The position numbers and the translations under genes were made by a program. A stretch of 64,000 nucleotides of DNA from Candidatus Kapaibacterium sp. (GTDB lineage: Bacteria > Bacteroidota > Ignavibacteria > Palsa-1295). The notes beneath the pieces were generated by a model that made no database searches, had not been told where the DNA came from, and saw only the letters and a program-made list of their open reading frames with translations. The stretch's first letter is position 1. Every line of letters starts with the position of its first letter. The stretch covers positions 2,472 to 66,471 of the forward strand of contig JBBRNY010000002.1 of assembly GCA_038229915.1 (NCBI GenBank), given 5' to 3'. Positions 10,123 to 19,025 of the stretch are shown here, piece by piece.

Positions 10123-10179
10123 TCGTTTAGTCTCTAGTCTTTAGTCGTTAGGAGTTAGTCTTTAGGGAATACCTGAATA

Positions 10180-10208
10180 TTGTCATCCTGAGCGGCGAGC
10201 GAAGGATC
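10180..10208. repeat. partial copy (reverse orientation) of TGTCATyCTGAGCG palindromic repeat family
   Basis: TTGTCATCCTGAGCGGCGAGCGAAGGATC matches reverse complement of the 3-prime arm of the 7849-8312 units (…GATCCTTCGCTCGGCGCTCAGGATGACAA). Confidence 0.6.
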
Positions 10209-10358
10209 TAAAGGTTCAAGTTTAGTAAACGACTGACAAAAATTTTGTTTTAATTCATCCTATGCAATGAGCATAGGGCATATTCACACAGCGCCGCTGG
10301 GCACTGCTTATTAGTAATAATAACGTAAGTGTGCGACGGCTGATGAAAGGTACTAACA

Positions 10359-10991
10359 ATGGCAGATATCAATCTCGCGGCAGAACCGCGTATAACGCTT
10401 GGTGGCAGCACATCAAAGCAACTCCGCAGAACCGGTCGCGTACCGGGCGTACTCTATGGTCACGGTGAAAACTCGACCACATTTCACGTAAAAGAACTCG
10501 ATCTGCGTCCGCTCATTTATACAAATGAAACGCATGCTGTAAACTTGACGCTTAGCGGAGCACTCACTCGCTGCATCTTGCGCGAAGTACAGTTCGACCC
10601 CGTAACTGATCGCGTAACTCATATCGACTTCGTGATCTTGCACGCTGGTGAAAAGATCAAAGTGGATGTTCCTGTGACGCTTATGGGCTCATCGGTAGGT
10701 GCTCGTGATGGCGGTATCATTGATCACGTCTTGCACAAAGTCTCGATCAATGTATTGCCGGATAAGATCCCGCAGCATATCGAAGTTGACATTTCAAATC
10801 TGAAGATCGGCCAAGGTATCCACGTTCGCGATCTCGTGAAGACCGATGCGTATGTGATCTTGGGTGACGAAACATCGCTTATCGTTGCATGTAACTCGCC
10901 GAAGGTTGTTGATGAAACAGCAACACCAGGCGCAGTGATTGCCGAGCCGGAACAGATCCAGGCTAAGGGTAAGAAGGAAGAAGAAGCATAA
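10359..10991 (+). CDS. rplY: 50S ribosomal protein L25 / general stress protein Ctc (long form)
   Basis: 210 aa, L25/Ctc N-terminal beta-barrel domain plus C-terminal extension ending in KGKKEEEA; conserved prs-ctc-pth order. Confidence 0.9.
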   Translation: MADINLAAEPRITLGGSTSKQLRRTGRVPGVLYGHGENSTTFHVKELDLRPLIYTNETHAVNLTLSGALTRCILREVQFDPVTDRVTHIDFVILHAGEKIKVDVPVTLMGSSVGARDGGIIDHVLHKVSINVLPDKIPQHIEVDISNLKIGQGIHVRDLVKTDAYVILGDETSLIVACNSPKVVDETATPGAVIAEPEQIQAKGKKEEEA

Positions 10992-11012
10992 ACTGCCGAT
11001 TCCGATTTATAA

Positions 11013-11051
11013 AAAGACTCGTTGGCTTTACAGTCAACGAGTCTTTTTTAT
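11013..11051 (+). terminator. rho-independent terminator after rplY
   Basis: AGACTCGTTGgctttacagtCAACGAGTCT 10-bp stem + TTTTTT. Confidence 0.7.
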
Positions 11052-11092
11052 TTGGTGTTGTGAGCAATCAAAAAATTATTTGTTGAAAAAGA

Positions 11093-11659
11093 ATGTACAT
11101 TTTTGTCGGACTTGGAAATATTGGGCGTGAGTATGATGGGACTCGGCATAACATCGGGTTTGCGATCGTTGATGCGCTCGAACGCGATCTTTCTCGCTCG
11201 CTCGGTTGGCGGCCAGGCAAAGGGGAGTATTACTACGCAAAGGGAATGCTCGGCATCGAAGAAATAGTGCTGGTCAAGCCGACGACCTATATGAATCTTT
11301 CAGGACGTGCGGTTCGCGATGTGATGGCGTTCTTCAAATGCGAAATATCAAACGTTGTTATTATTTGCGATGACATTGCGCTCCCGACCGGAAAACTCCG
11401 ATTGCGGCTCAGTGGCTCTGACGGCGGACACAACGGTCTCAGCTCGATCATCTATGAAATAGGCAGTGATGCTTATCCGCGTTTGCGTTGTGGCGTTGGT
11501 AATAATTTTCACAAAGGGCAACAAGCTAACTACGTCCTCGGCAAATTCCCGCCGGTCGAAGCAACCATAGTCGAAGACATGATCGCCGGTGCTATCTCAG
11601 GCTTAAAAGAGATCGCCAAGAATGGGATGGAGAAGGCGATGAATAAAGTGAATGTATAA
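11093..11659 (+). CDS. pth: peptidyl-tRNA hydrolase
   Basis: 188 aa; N-terminal FVGLGNIG...YDGTRHNIGF and ...HNGLSSI... Pth signatures. Confidence 0.9.
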   Translation: MYIFVGLGNIGREYDGTRHNIGFAIVDALERDLSRSLGWRPGKGEYYYAKGMLGIEEIVLVKPTTYMNLSGRAVRDVMAFFKCEISNVVIICDDIALPTGKLRLRLSGSDGGHNGLSSIIYEIGSDAYPRLRCGVGNNFHKGQQANYVLGKFPPVEATIVEDMIAGAISGLKEIAKNGMEKAMNKVNV

Positions 11660-11831
11660 GTATCTTCTGATCTCTATTGCACCTCAAAACGCCACCTCGA
11701 ACGTACTTTTGGGGATTCCTGCTCTTTTTTTTCGTATTTTTATACTGATATATTGATCACGCCCTCAAAAGGGGCTTTCACGAGTGTAATTTTTCATTTC
11801 AAATCACCACCAAACCCAATTACATCACAGA

Positions 11832-14048
11832 ATGGAACTACTAATAATCCTTGGTACCAGTGTGTTTGCGCTGTTGTTTGCAGGGGCGTACTTAATACCG
11901 AACGTGCTGAAGCGCGATCAGGGTACACCGGCAATGCAAAAGATCTCGAACGCAATCAAAGAAGGCGCTGAAGCATTTTTGCGCCGTCAGAATAAAACGA
12001 TCGTGCTGCTTGCAACAGTCGTTGCGGCGGTGATCTTCGTTGTGTATGGTTTTGTCCGCGTTCATAACGAGCATGATCCGGTTAATACCTCGATGATGCT
12101 CGCCTTCTGGACAACGCTCAGCTTTGTGCTTGGGGCGATCTGCTCAGTTGGTTCGGGATATATTGGTATGTGGGTTTCGATCCGTACGAATATCCGTACA
12201 GCAAGCGCGGCGACTCGTTCGCTCAATGAAGCATTGCAGACCGCACTTCGTGGCGGCGCAGTATCGGGCTTGTTCGTCGTAGCTCTTTCGCTTCTTGGTG
12301 TTGCAGGTTTGTTTGCTATTGTGCAGTTAACCGGTGTGGTTGGTGGCGCTGACCAGGACGTTGCGAAAATACCACTGTTAATAGGTGGTTACGGTTTTGG
12401 TGCGTCGTTCGTGGCGCTCTTCGCACAGCTTGGCGGTGGTATCTATACCAAAGCGGCTGACGTTGGTGCTGATCTTGTTGGTAAGGTCGAAGCCGGTATT
12501 CCAGAAGATGATCCTCGCAACCCTGCGGTTATTGCTGATCTCGTCGGTGATAACGTTGGCGATTGTGCTGGTCGTGGTGCTGATCTTTTTGAGTCAACCG
12601 CTGCAGAAAACATCGGTGCGATGATCCTCGCTGCCGGTCTCTTTATTGCGAATCCGGGTGCATTCAAAGTTGGTATCTTGGGTGTGTTGTTATTCCCACT
12701 TGTTGCACGCGCGTTCGGGCTTCTTGCTTCGATCGTCGGTATTATGAGTGTGAAGACCAAAGAGACTGAAGATCCGATGAAGGCGCTCAATCGTGGTTAT
12801 TATATCACGACTATCCTTGCGGCAGTCGGATTTTATGTTGCATCACATTGGCTGTTGGCACCTGCTGATCCGAACGGACCTGCTGGTGATGCCTGGTTGA
12901 ATTTCTTCTTTTGCGGATTGATCGGCTTGGCTACGGCTCAGGCATTTGTGTATATCACACAATACTATACTGAGTATCGCTTCCGTCCAGTTAAGAGCAT
13001 CGCAGAAGCATCACAGACAGGACCTGCAACGAATATCATCGCCGGTATGGCCGTTGGTTTCGAGAACGTAGCATTCCCGATCTTGGTGATCGGTGCGGCT
13101 ATTATCTCATCATACTATCTTGGTGATGGCAGTGGTTTGAAGCATGCTGGTCTCTTCGGTACAGCCGTTGCGACAATGGGTATGCTTGGTACTGCGGCTT
13201 ACATCTTGGCAATGGATACATTCGGACCTATCACCGATAACGCCGGTGGTATCGTCGAAATGAGTCAACAGCCAGAACACATTCGTGAAAAGACCGATCG
13301 TTTGGATGCGGTTGGTAACACAACCAAAGCATTGACCAAAGGTTATGCAGTGGGTTCGGCAGCGCTTGCGGCGTTCTTGTTGTTCTCGGCATATCTTGAT
13401 GAGCTTTCGCATTATGGCTTGAAGCTCACTTCAGTTGATATGACAAAGCCTGAAGTATTTGTCGGCGCGGCACTTGGTGGTATGTTGGTGTTCTTGTTTA
13501 CATCAATGGCCATCAAGGCGGTCGGAAGAACAGCGTATGCGGTTATCAATGACGTGCGTGCACAGTTCAAAGAAAAGCCAGGTATCTTGCTTGGCACTCA
13601 GGAGCCTGATTACGGCAGAACCGTTGATATCGTAACTCGCGCATCGCTCAAGGAAATGATCATGCCGGGTATTTTGGTCGCAACAGCTCCGGTGATCGTT
13701 GGGCTTGCGTTCAAATTTCTCTATGATATGAAATCGGCAAGCTCAAACCCTGACACCGTAGCACGTCTGGCAACAGGCGGCGAAGTGGTTGCCGGGTTCT
13801 TGATGGTCGCAACGATCGTTGGTATCCTTGTTGCATTGCTGCTCAATAATAGCGGCGGTGCATGGGATAACGCGAAGAAATTTATTGAAATGGGTAACTA
13901 CGGCGGCAAGAAGTCTGAGGCTCACAAAGCCGCAGTCGTCGGCGATACGGTTGGCGATCCGTTCAAGGATACAGCCGGTCCATCATTGCACGTACTCATA
14001 AAATTGATCGCAACGATCACCCTCGTTCTCGCTCCGTTGTTTATCTAA
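11832..14048 (+). CDS. hppA: membrane-bound H+-translocating pyrophosphatase, K+-independent type
   Basis: 738 aa, ~15 TM segments, GDNVGDCAGRGADLFES signature; GNTTKA (Lys not Ala) indicates the K+-independent subfamily. Confidence 0.9.
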   Translation: MELLIILGTSVFALLFAGAYLIPNVLKRDQGTPAMQKISNAIKEGAEAFLRRQNKTIVLLATVVAAVIFVVYGFVRVHNEHDPVNTSMMLAFWTTLSFVLGAICSVGSGYIGMWVSIRTNIRTASAATRSLNEALQTALRGGAVSGLFVVALSLLGVAGLFAIVQLTGVVGGADQDVAKIPLLIGGYGFGASFVALFAQLGGGIYTKAADVGADLVGKVEAGIPEDDPRNPAVIADLVGDNVGDCAGRGADLFESTAAENIGAMILAAGLFIANPGAFKVGILGVLLFPLVARAFGLLASIVGIMSVKTKETEDPMKALNRGYYITTILAAVGFYVASHWLLAPADPNGPAGDAWLNFFFCGLIGLATAQAFVYITQYYTEYRFRPVKSIAEASQTGPATNIIAGMAVGFENVAFPILVIGAAIISSYYLGDGSGLKHAGLFGTAVATMGMLGTAAYILAMDTFGPITDNAGGIVEMSQQPEHIREKTDRLDAVGNTTKALTKGYAVGSAALAAFLLFSAYLDELSHYGLKLTSVDMTKPEVFVGAALGGMLVFLFTSMAIKAVGRTAYAVINDVRAQFKEKPGILLGTQEPDYGRTVDIVTRASLKEMIMPGILVATAPVIVGLAFKFLYDMKSASSNPDTVARLATGGEVVAGFLMVATIVGILVALLLNNSGGAWDNAKKFIEMGNYGGKKSEAHKAAVVGDTVGDPFKDTAGPSLHVLIKLIATITLVLAPLFI

Positions 14049-14074
14049 GCGACAACAAGGTTACTGTTTTAAGA

Positions 14075-14107
14075 AAAGCCCCAACAGCAATGTTGGGGCT
14101 TTTTTTG
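14075..14107 (+). terminator. rho-independent terminator after hppA (also fits the convergent TBDT gene)
   Basis: AGCCCCAACAgcaaTGTTGGGGCT + T7. Confidence 0.75.
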
Positions 14108-14143
14108 TGACGTATCAGTATGCCTGACAACAGTCGGAGCTGA

Positions 14144-16330
14144 TTACAGAATAAATCTGATGCCGCCATTGACTGCTCTTCCTTCGAGTGGAGCATAGAT
14201 ATGAAGCCTATCAAACTTTCCAGTAATGAATGGATCGCCGATAAACGTCGGGTCAAAATTTGTTTGCTTGACATCAAATATGTTTTCGAAATTGATATAT
14301 ATTCTGAATTGCCCGAATGTTTTTTCGACTAATGCACCAAACAGCCAGTATGATGGTGTTACGGTTCGGAAAGGATCTCGGTCTATTTGTTGTGAGCCAA
14401 TAAAATAACTTTCAAGGCCCGAACGCCATCCATTGTCTTGGTCTTCAAACATCAATACGATACCAAGATTATGTCGTGGATTAAGCTCGATCTCTTTCGT
14501 GATGCCGAGATTACTTTGTGTTGCATAGGTATAGGTATATCCAAACGAAAGTTTGAATTCATCATATAAGAATTGAGTCGTAATTTCGGCGCCTTTGGTG
14601 ATGGTTGCGCCACTTGCATTTTCAAGTGTAATGATTTGTTGTGCGATAGAGTCTTCGTTAATAACGAGTGAGTGCTTGAGCGTAGTGTGGAAGAGGGCAG
14701 TGTTGATCGTTATTCCGAGTGGTCCCAGCACGGTTCGCCAGTTTGCATCGAACGAAAAACTTTGTGCATCTTCAGAGCGCAGGTTCTCTATGCCTCGGAT
14801 ATCGTGATAGCCAATTTCTTCTGATTCTTCGACAAATATCGTTGGCGATTTATATCCACCGCCACCACCGATACGAAGTGTCAGCGCATCGGTCGGTTTA
14901 TAAAAGAATGAAAGCCGAGGTGTGACGAACGTGCCATAGACATTATGATGATCGGCGCGAATGCCACCTACGACTTTAAAATTACTTGCGACACTCCATT
15001 CATCTTGAATAAATATTCCCGGCACAGAATAATTATAGCTGAGCGATGGCGTTTCGCGAATGGTTTGATCGGAAAAAATATCGCCTGAATATGCAGCGCC
15101 AACAAGGAGACTATGCTCGCTTAAAAGAAATGAGTGTTGTGCATCAGCATAGAGCACCGTTTGTTTTCCATTAAACGGAATATTACCATAGTGTGCATTG
15201 CGCATTAATTGCATTGCCGCCGCACTGACAGCAAATTGTGTGTTGTCGGAAATATCATAGTCGAGATGTGCCGTGCCATAAAATCTTTCCGAGGTATTGC
15301 GTTCGGTGTACGGCGAAGCATTATTATCTGTCGTCGTATCGATCACGCCGCCATTTCGTGTTTCTTTCATATAGCCAAATCCGATCTTCGCTTTTACCTC
15401 ATCGCTAAAATGATAAAAGAGTTGAGGTGAAATATTTAGACGGCTATATCCGGCAATGTCGCTGAAGTTGTCTCCATTGACATCGTAAATAGCCTGGCGA
15501 TCATAACTTGAAAATAATGTCAGGCCGAGATCATCGATCGTATTAGCATAATAGACCGCCGCATCTTGTCCGTTTTGGCTGGTGATATTGATCAGCGCAC
15601 TAAAGTCCTCGTGTTCTTGTGGAAGTTTTGTCAGGAAGTTCACGACACCGGCTATTGCATCGGCACCATAGAGCACCGAGCTTGCACCTTTGATGATCTC
15701 GATCTGCCGAAGATTCAGTGGTGGCATCTGAGTAATACCAAGTCCTGCCGATAGCCCACCAAGATTAGGAATACCATCAACAAGTATCTGAGTATATCTT
15801 CCTTGCAAACCTTGAATGCGGATGTTGGCAGAGTTGCTGGTTGAAGAAGTTGTTTGCACTCGAATGCCTGGTGTTTCATTCAGTGCCATCGAAAGACTTG
15901 AGGCTTCCATCATTATTTTTTCTTCGAGCTCTTCTTCCGGTATTGCTTCGACCCTAATAGGAGCATCGGCAATCGATCGAGTTGTTCGCGTCCCGGTCAC
16001 GACTACTTCTTCACCTTCGGTATGCAATGGCTGAAGGATGATCGGCAGAAAAAGTGAATCACTGCTGAGCGTAATTGATAGCGAGAGTCGTTCGTATCCA
16101 TTTGCATTGATGATGACGGTATGAATTCCGCTCTGAAGTGATCGGAGTACAAATGTGCCATCGGAAGATGTTTTTACCCCACTCGTTGGGCGGTCTATTT
16201 TGATTCGTACGCCGATGATCGGTTCGCCTGAAACCGAGTCACTGACAATACCAGTAAGAATATGTTTTTGGGCAAGAGCATTGCCAGCTATGAATAGCAT
16301 ACACAGGAAAAATAGAATATATCGTTTCAT
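14144..16330 (-). CDS. TonB-dependent receptor with N-terminal carboxypeptidase-regulatory-like domain
   Basis: Signal peptide MKRYILFFLCMLFIAGNALAQ, CarboxypepD_reg-like beta-sandwich, plug region, long beta-barrel; start set at ATG 16330 (track TTG/ATG extension to 16369 is optional). Confidence 0.8.
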   Translation of the reverse strand: MKRYILFFLCMLFIAGNALAQKHILTGIVSDSVSGEPIIGVRIKIDRPTSGVKTSSDGTFVLRSLQSGIHTVIINANGYERLSLSITLSSDSLFLPIILQPLHTEGEEVVVTGTRTTRSIADAPIRVEAIPEEELEEKIMMEASSLSMALNETPGIRVQTTSSTSNSANIRIQGLQGRYTQILVDGIPNLGGLSAGLGITQMPPLNLRQIEIIKGASSVLYGADAIAGVVNFLTKLPQEHEDFSALINITSQNGQDAAVYYANTIDDLGLTLFSSYDRQAIYDVNGDNFSDIAGYSRLNISPQLFYHFSDEVKAKIGFGYMKETRNGGVIDTTTDNNASPYTERNTSERFYGTAHLDYDISDNTQFAVSAAAMQLMRNAHYGNIPFNGKQTVLYADAQHSFLLSEHSLLVGAAYSGDIFSDQTIRETPSLSYNYSVPGIFIQDEWSVASNFKVVGGIRADHHNVYGTFVTPRLSFFYKPTDALTLRIGGGGGYKSPTIFVEESEEIGYHDIRGIENLRSEDAQSFSFDANWRTVLGPLGITINTALFHTTLKHSLVINEDSIAQQIITLENASGATITKGAEITTQFLYDEFKLSFGYTYTYATQSNLGITKEIELNPRHNLGIVLMFEDQDNGWRSGLESYFIGSQQIDRDPFRTVTPSYWLFGALVEKTFGQFRIYINFENIFDVKQTNFDPTFIGDPFITGKFDRLHIYAPLEGRAVNGGIRFIL

Positions 16331-16404
16331 TTTGTACATAAAAATTGATAAATACACAAGACCCACCATGACGGTGAAGCGTTAATAGAATATAGAGAGT
16401 GTAT

Positions 16405-16731
16405 TTATGCTTGCGGAGGTCGCAGGAACGGCTCTATCGGTAGAGCGAGTGTAGAAGGATTAAGATCGTTTGCTATTATTGGAATGCTATAAAAAATTGG
16501 ATCGGCACTGGTCGAAGGTCGATAGGCAGGGTAGTGGCACGGGCACTCGGAACAAGAGTCGGATTGGCAGTCTGTAGAACCCGAATGGTCATTGTGCTTA
16601 TCTGAGCGTTCTTGAGACTGATGGGTACAGCTATTATCTTGCGGCAAAGCACACGCGACAACAGCCCCGCAATAGCCAATTGCGGCTAACAAAGTCAATA
16701 CAAAGACGATATGGCGAAGTATGGCTTTCAT
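16405..16731 (-). CDS. small secreted Cys/His-rich protein (108 aa), putative periplasmic metal-binding protein
   Basis: Signal peptide then SCTHQSQERSDKHNDHSGSTDCQSDSCSECPCH cluster (6 Cys, 5 His); 35 nt upstream of and co-oriented with the TonB receptor. Confidence 0.5.
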   Translation of the reverse strand: MKAILRHIVFVLTLLAAIGYCGAVVACALPQDNSCTHQSQERSDKHNDHSGSTDCQSDSCSECPCHYPAYRPSTSADPIFYSIPIIANDLNPSTLALPIEPFLRPPQA

Positions 16732-16932
16732 TCTTGTCTATCTAACAACAGTTCTCGGTTCAATGTTCTTCAAGAGCATTCTTTGGTAGCCGTTTGACTA
16801 TTGGGGATTTGTGGCTATTTTCTGCGAACCACTTTGGCATAATTTTGTTTTACAGGCTCGAATTTTTTCCTGCTCCTGCACTGAAAATCAGGGGCTGCCG
16901 GACGATGTTGTACGGTAACCATAGGACACAAT

Positions 16933-17328
16933 ATGAGCATAAAACGATACGAAACTACTTTCTTGTTGCCCACAACAATGACCGACGAAGCCATCAATAC
17001 GCTCGTCAAGCATTTTGAAGATACCGTTACCAAAAACGGTGGCACGCTGATGGAGACCGAACGTTGGGGAATCCGCCGTTTGGCATATATGATCATCAAG
17101 CATACCAGCGCCCATTACTTTTCATTGCATTACACCGCCCCAGGCGAAACCAACGGTAAGCTCAACCGTGCGTTCCAACTTGACGAAGATGTTCTTCGTT
17201 GGATGATCTTGGAAATGCCAGAAACAAATTTTGCGAAACGTGCAAAGATGAAAGCTCGCGTCGAGAACGTCGAGGCACGTCGTGTGGCTCATAATGCCAA
17301 GACCGCCGAAGAAGCAGCGGCACAATAA
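16933..17328 (+). CDS. rpsF: 30S ribosomal protein S6
   Basis: MSIKRYETTFLL... S6 signature, acidic C-terminus. Confidence 0.9.
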   Translation: MSIKRYETTFLLPTTMTDEAINTLVKHFEDTVTKNGGTLMETERWGIRRLAYMIIKHTSAHYFSLHYTAPGETNGKLNRAFQLDEDVLRWMILEMPETNFAKRAKMKARVENVEARRVAHNAKTAEEAAAQ

Positions 17329-17413
17329 TTTTTTGTTTCGGTAGGGAAAGCCCCTACTGCCGAGACAGTGAGGTGTTTCTTTTCAAGCAGTACCCATTAT
17401 GGCTTGTTTAAAG

Positions 17414-17839
17414 ATGCCGGAGATCAATTGTGTGCATATTGCCGGAAACCTGACCAAGGACCCGACAATGCGCAAGACTAGCACCGGATGTTTGGTTGTT
17501 AACTTTTGTATTGCATCAAATACAAAATATCGCGACCCAAACAACCAGTGGATCGAAGATACGTGTTATGTCGGCGTTGTCGCTTGGAGCCGACTTGCCG
17601 AAAGTTGTATGGAGCGCCTGACCAAAGGCAGTGCCGTCTTAGTAACAGGCGAGCTGCAAAGCCGAGTGCTACATACCGAGAATGGTTTTTCGAGAACCGT
17701 TGTCGAGATCAAGGCGCACCGCATTCAGTTCTTGAACAAGACTGAATATGCCGTTGAACTCGAAGGCTCGGATATGGACGAGCTGTTGATCAAAGAGGGC
17801 GTTGCTTCGAACGAAGAGATTGCACCAATAGAATTGTAA
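17414..17839 (+). CDS. ssb: single-stranded DNA-binding protein (OB fold)
   Basis: OB-fold pattern INCVHIAGNLTKDP...W...VVAWSRLAE...KGSAVLVTGELQSR; start may be 17399 or 17414; C-terminal tail ...EEIAPIEL is atypical (no DDDIPF). Confidence 0.7.
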   Translation: MPEINCVHIAGNLTKDPTMRKTSTGCLVVNFCIASNTKYRDPNNQWIEDTCYVGVVAWSRLAESCMERLTKGSAVLVTGELQSRVLHTENGFSRTVVEIKAHRIQFLNKTEYAVELEGSDMDELLIKEGVASNEEIAPIEL

Positions 17840-17869
17840 AGTTTATACGAATTATCAGAGAGATATATT

Positions 17870-18313
17870 ATGCAGGTTATTTTACGTGAGGATGTCGAGA
17901 AGGTTGGTTTAGCTGGCGAAATGATTAACGTCAAAGACGGCTATGCTCGCAATTTTTTAGTACCGCGTCGTTTGGCGTATGTTTCTACCCCGAGCGCGAC
18001 TCGTCGCATCGAGCAGGAAATGAAGATCCGCGCCAAGAAAGTGGACATTGAGCGCGCTGACTTGACCGAGCTTGCCGCAAAGCTCAGCGAGCTGTCGGTA
18101 ACGATACCGATGCGTGTCGGCGAAGAAGAGCGTTTGTATGGTTCGGTTACTCCGATGATGATCGCCGAGTCATTGAACAATCAAGGCTACAAGATCGACC
18201 GTCGCACGATCTCTATCGTCGAGCAGATCCGAACACTCGGTGCTCACGATGTTACGCTGAAGCTCAAGCACGGCGTCACAGCGCAGATCAAAGTAAACGT
18301 CGTTTCAGAGTAA
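17870..18313 (+). CDS. rplI: 50S ribosomal protein L9
   Basis: MQVILREDVEKVGLAGEMINVKDGYARNFL... L9 N-domain signature. Confidence 0.9.
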   Translation: MQVILREDVEKVGLAGEMINVKDGYARNFLVPRRLAYVSTPSATRRIEQEMKIRAKKVDIERADLTELAAKLSELSVTIPMRVGEEERLYGSVTPMMIAESLNNQGYKIDRRTISIVEQIRTLGAHDVTLKLKHGVTAQIKVNVVSE

Positions 18314-18332
18314 ACGATCAATATCTTTAAGA

Positions 18333-18366
18333 AAAGCCCCGACAGTGATGTCGGGGCTTTTTTGTT
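18333..18366 (+). terminator. rho-independent terminator after rplI
   Basis: AGCCCCGACAgtgaTGTCGGGGCT + T6; near-identical architecture to hppA terminator. Confidence 0.75.
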
Positions 18367-18430
18367 TTTAGTAGAGGTGACTTGAGTCGCTTCCAATGAA
18401 TTATTTTCCATATCCGTTGTTTTTTATAGT

Positions 18431-18658
18431 ATGCACACAATAACATTAGATTCGGTTCTTGACGAAGTGATGCTCCTGAGTTCGGAGCAACGCGATATGT
18501 TGGTCGATATTCTTCGAGGCAGACAAATAGAACTCCATCGCGAACAAATGCTCCGCGACGTTGAAGAAGGGCTCGCTGAGTTCAAAAGCGGCAACTTGAA
18601 ACCAATGACGGTTCAAGAGATAATGAAAGAAGCGCGCGAACCAGACGAGTGCGAATAA
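18431..18658 (+). CDS. type II antitoxin (DinJ/RelB-like), 75 aa
   Basis: Small acidic helical protein immediately upstream of and overlapping (10 nt) a RelE/YafQ-family toxin gene. Confidence 0.5.
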   Translation: MHTITLDSVLDEVMLLSSEQRDMLVDILRGRQIELHREQMLRDVEEGLAEFKSGNLKPMTVQEIMKEAREPDECE

Positions 18659-18933
18659 TATCACGATCACCCGGATTTAAGCGTGAATTGAAAAAATTCA
18701 TAAAGAACAATCCGCGTCTTTATGAAAGAATAGAAGAAACATTAGAGGAAATGCTCAAAGACCCATTTGCACCATTTCTCGAAACTCACAAGTTAGGTGG
18801 AAAATTTAAAGGGATTCTCTCTTGCTCTTGTGGATATGATTGTAGAATATTATTTATTATAGAGCAGGATTCTCAAACGGGAAACGAAACGGTGCTTCTA
18901 TTGAGTATTGGTACTCATGATGCTGTTTACTAA
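18649..18933 (+). CDS. type II toxin, RelE/YafQ-family mRNA interferase
   Basis: 94 aa; pattern ...FKRELKKFIKNNPRLYERIEETLEEML...HKLGGKFKGILSCSCGYDCRILFIIEQD...ETVLLLSIGTHD matches YafQ/RelE fold signature; GTG start. Confidence 0.7.
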   Translation: MRIISRSPGFKRELKKFIKNNPRLYERIEETLEEMLKDPFAPFLETHKLGGKFKGILSCSCGYDCRILFIIEQDSQTGNETVLLLSIGTHDAVY

Positions 18934-19025
18934 GACTATTATGTCCCCAAGCTTCCACTGCAACCCAACCCACTGCGACAATATCACTGAAAATATCGTT
19001 ATCTAAGACTAACGAAAAAAAACGC

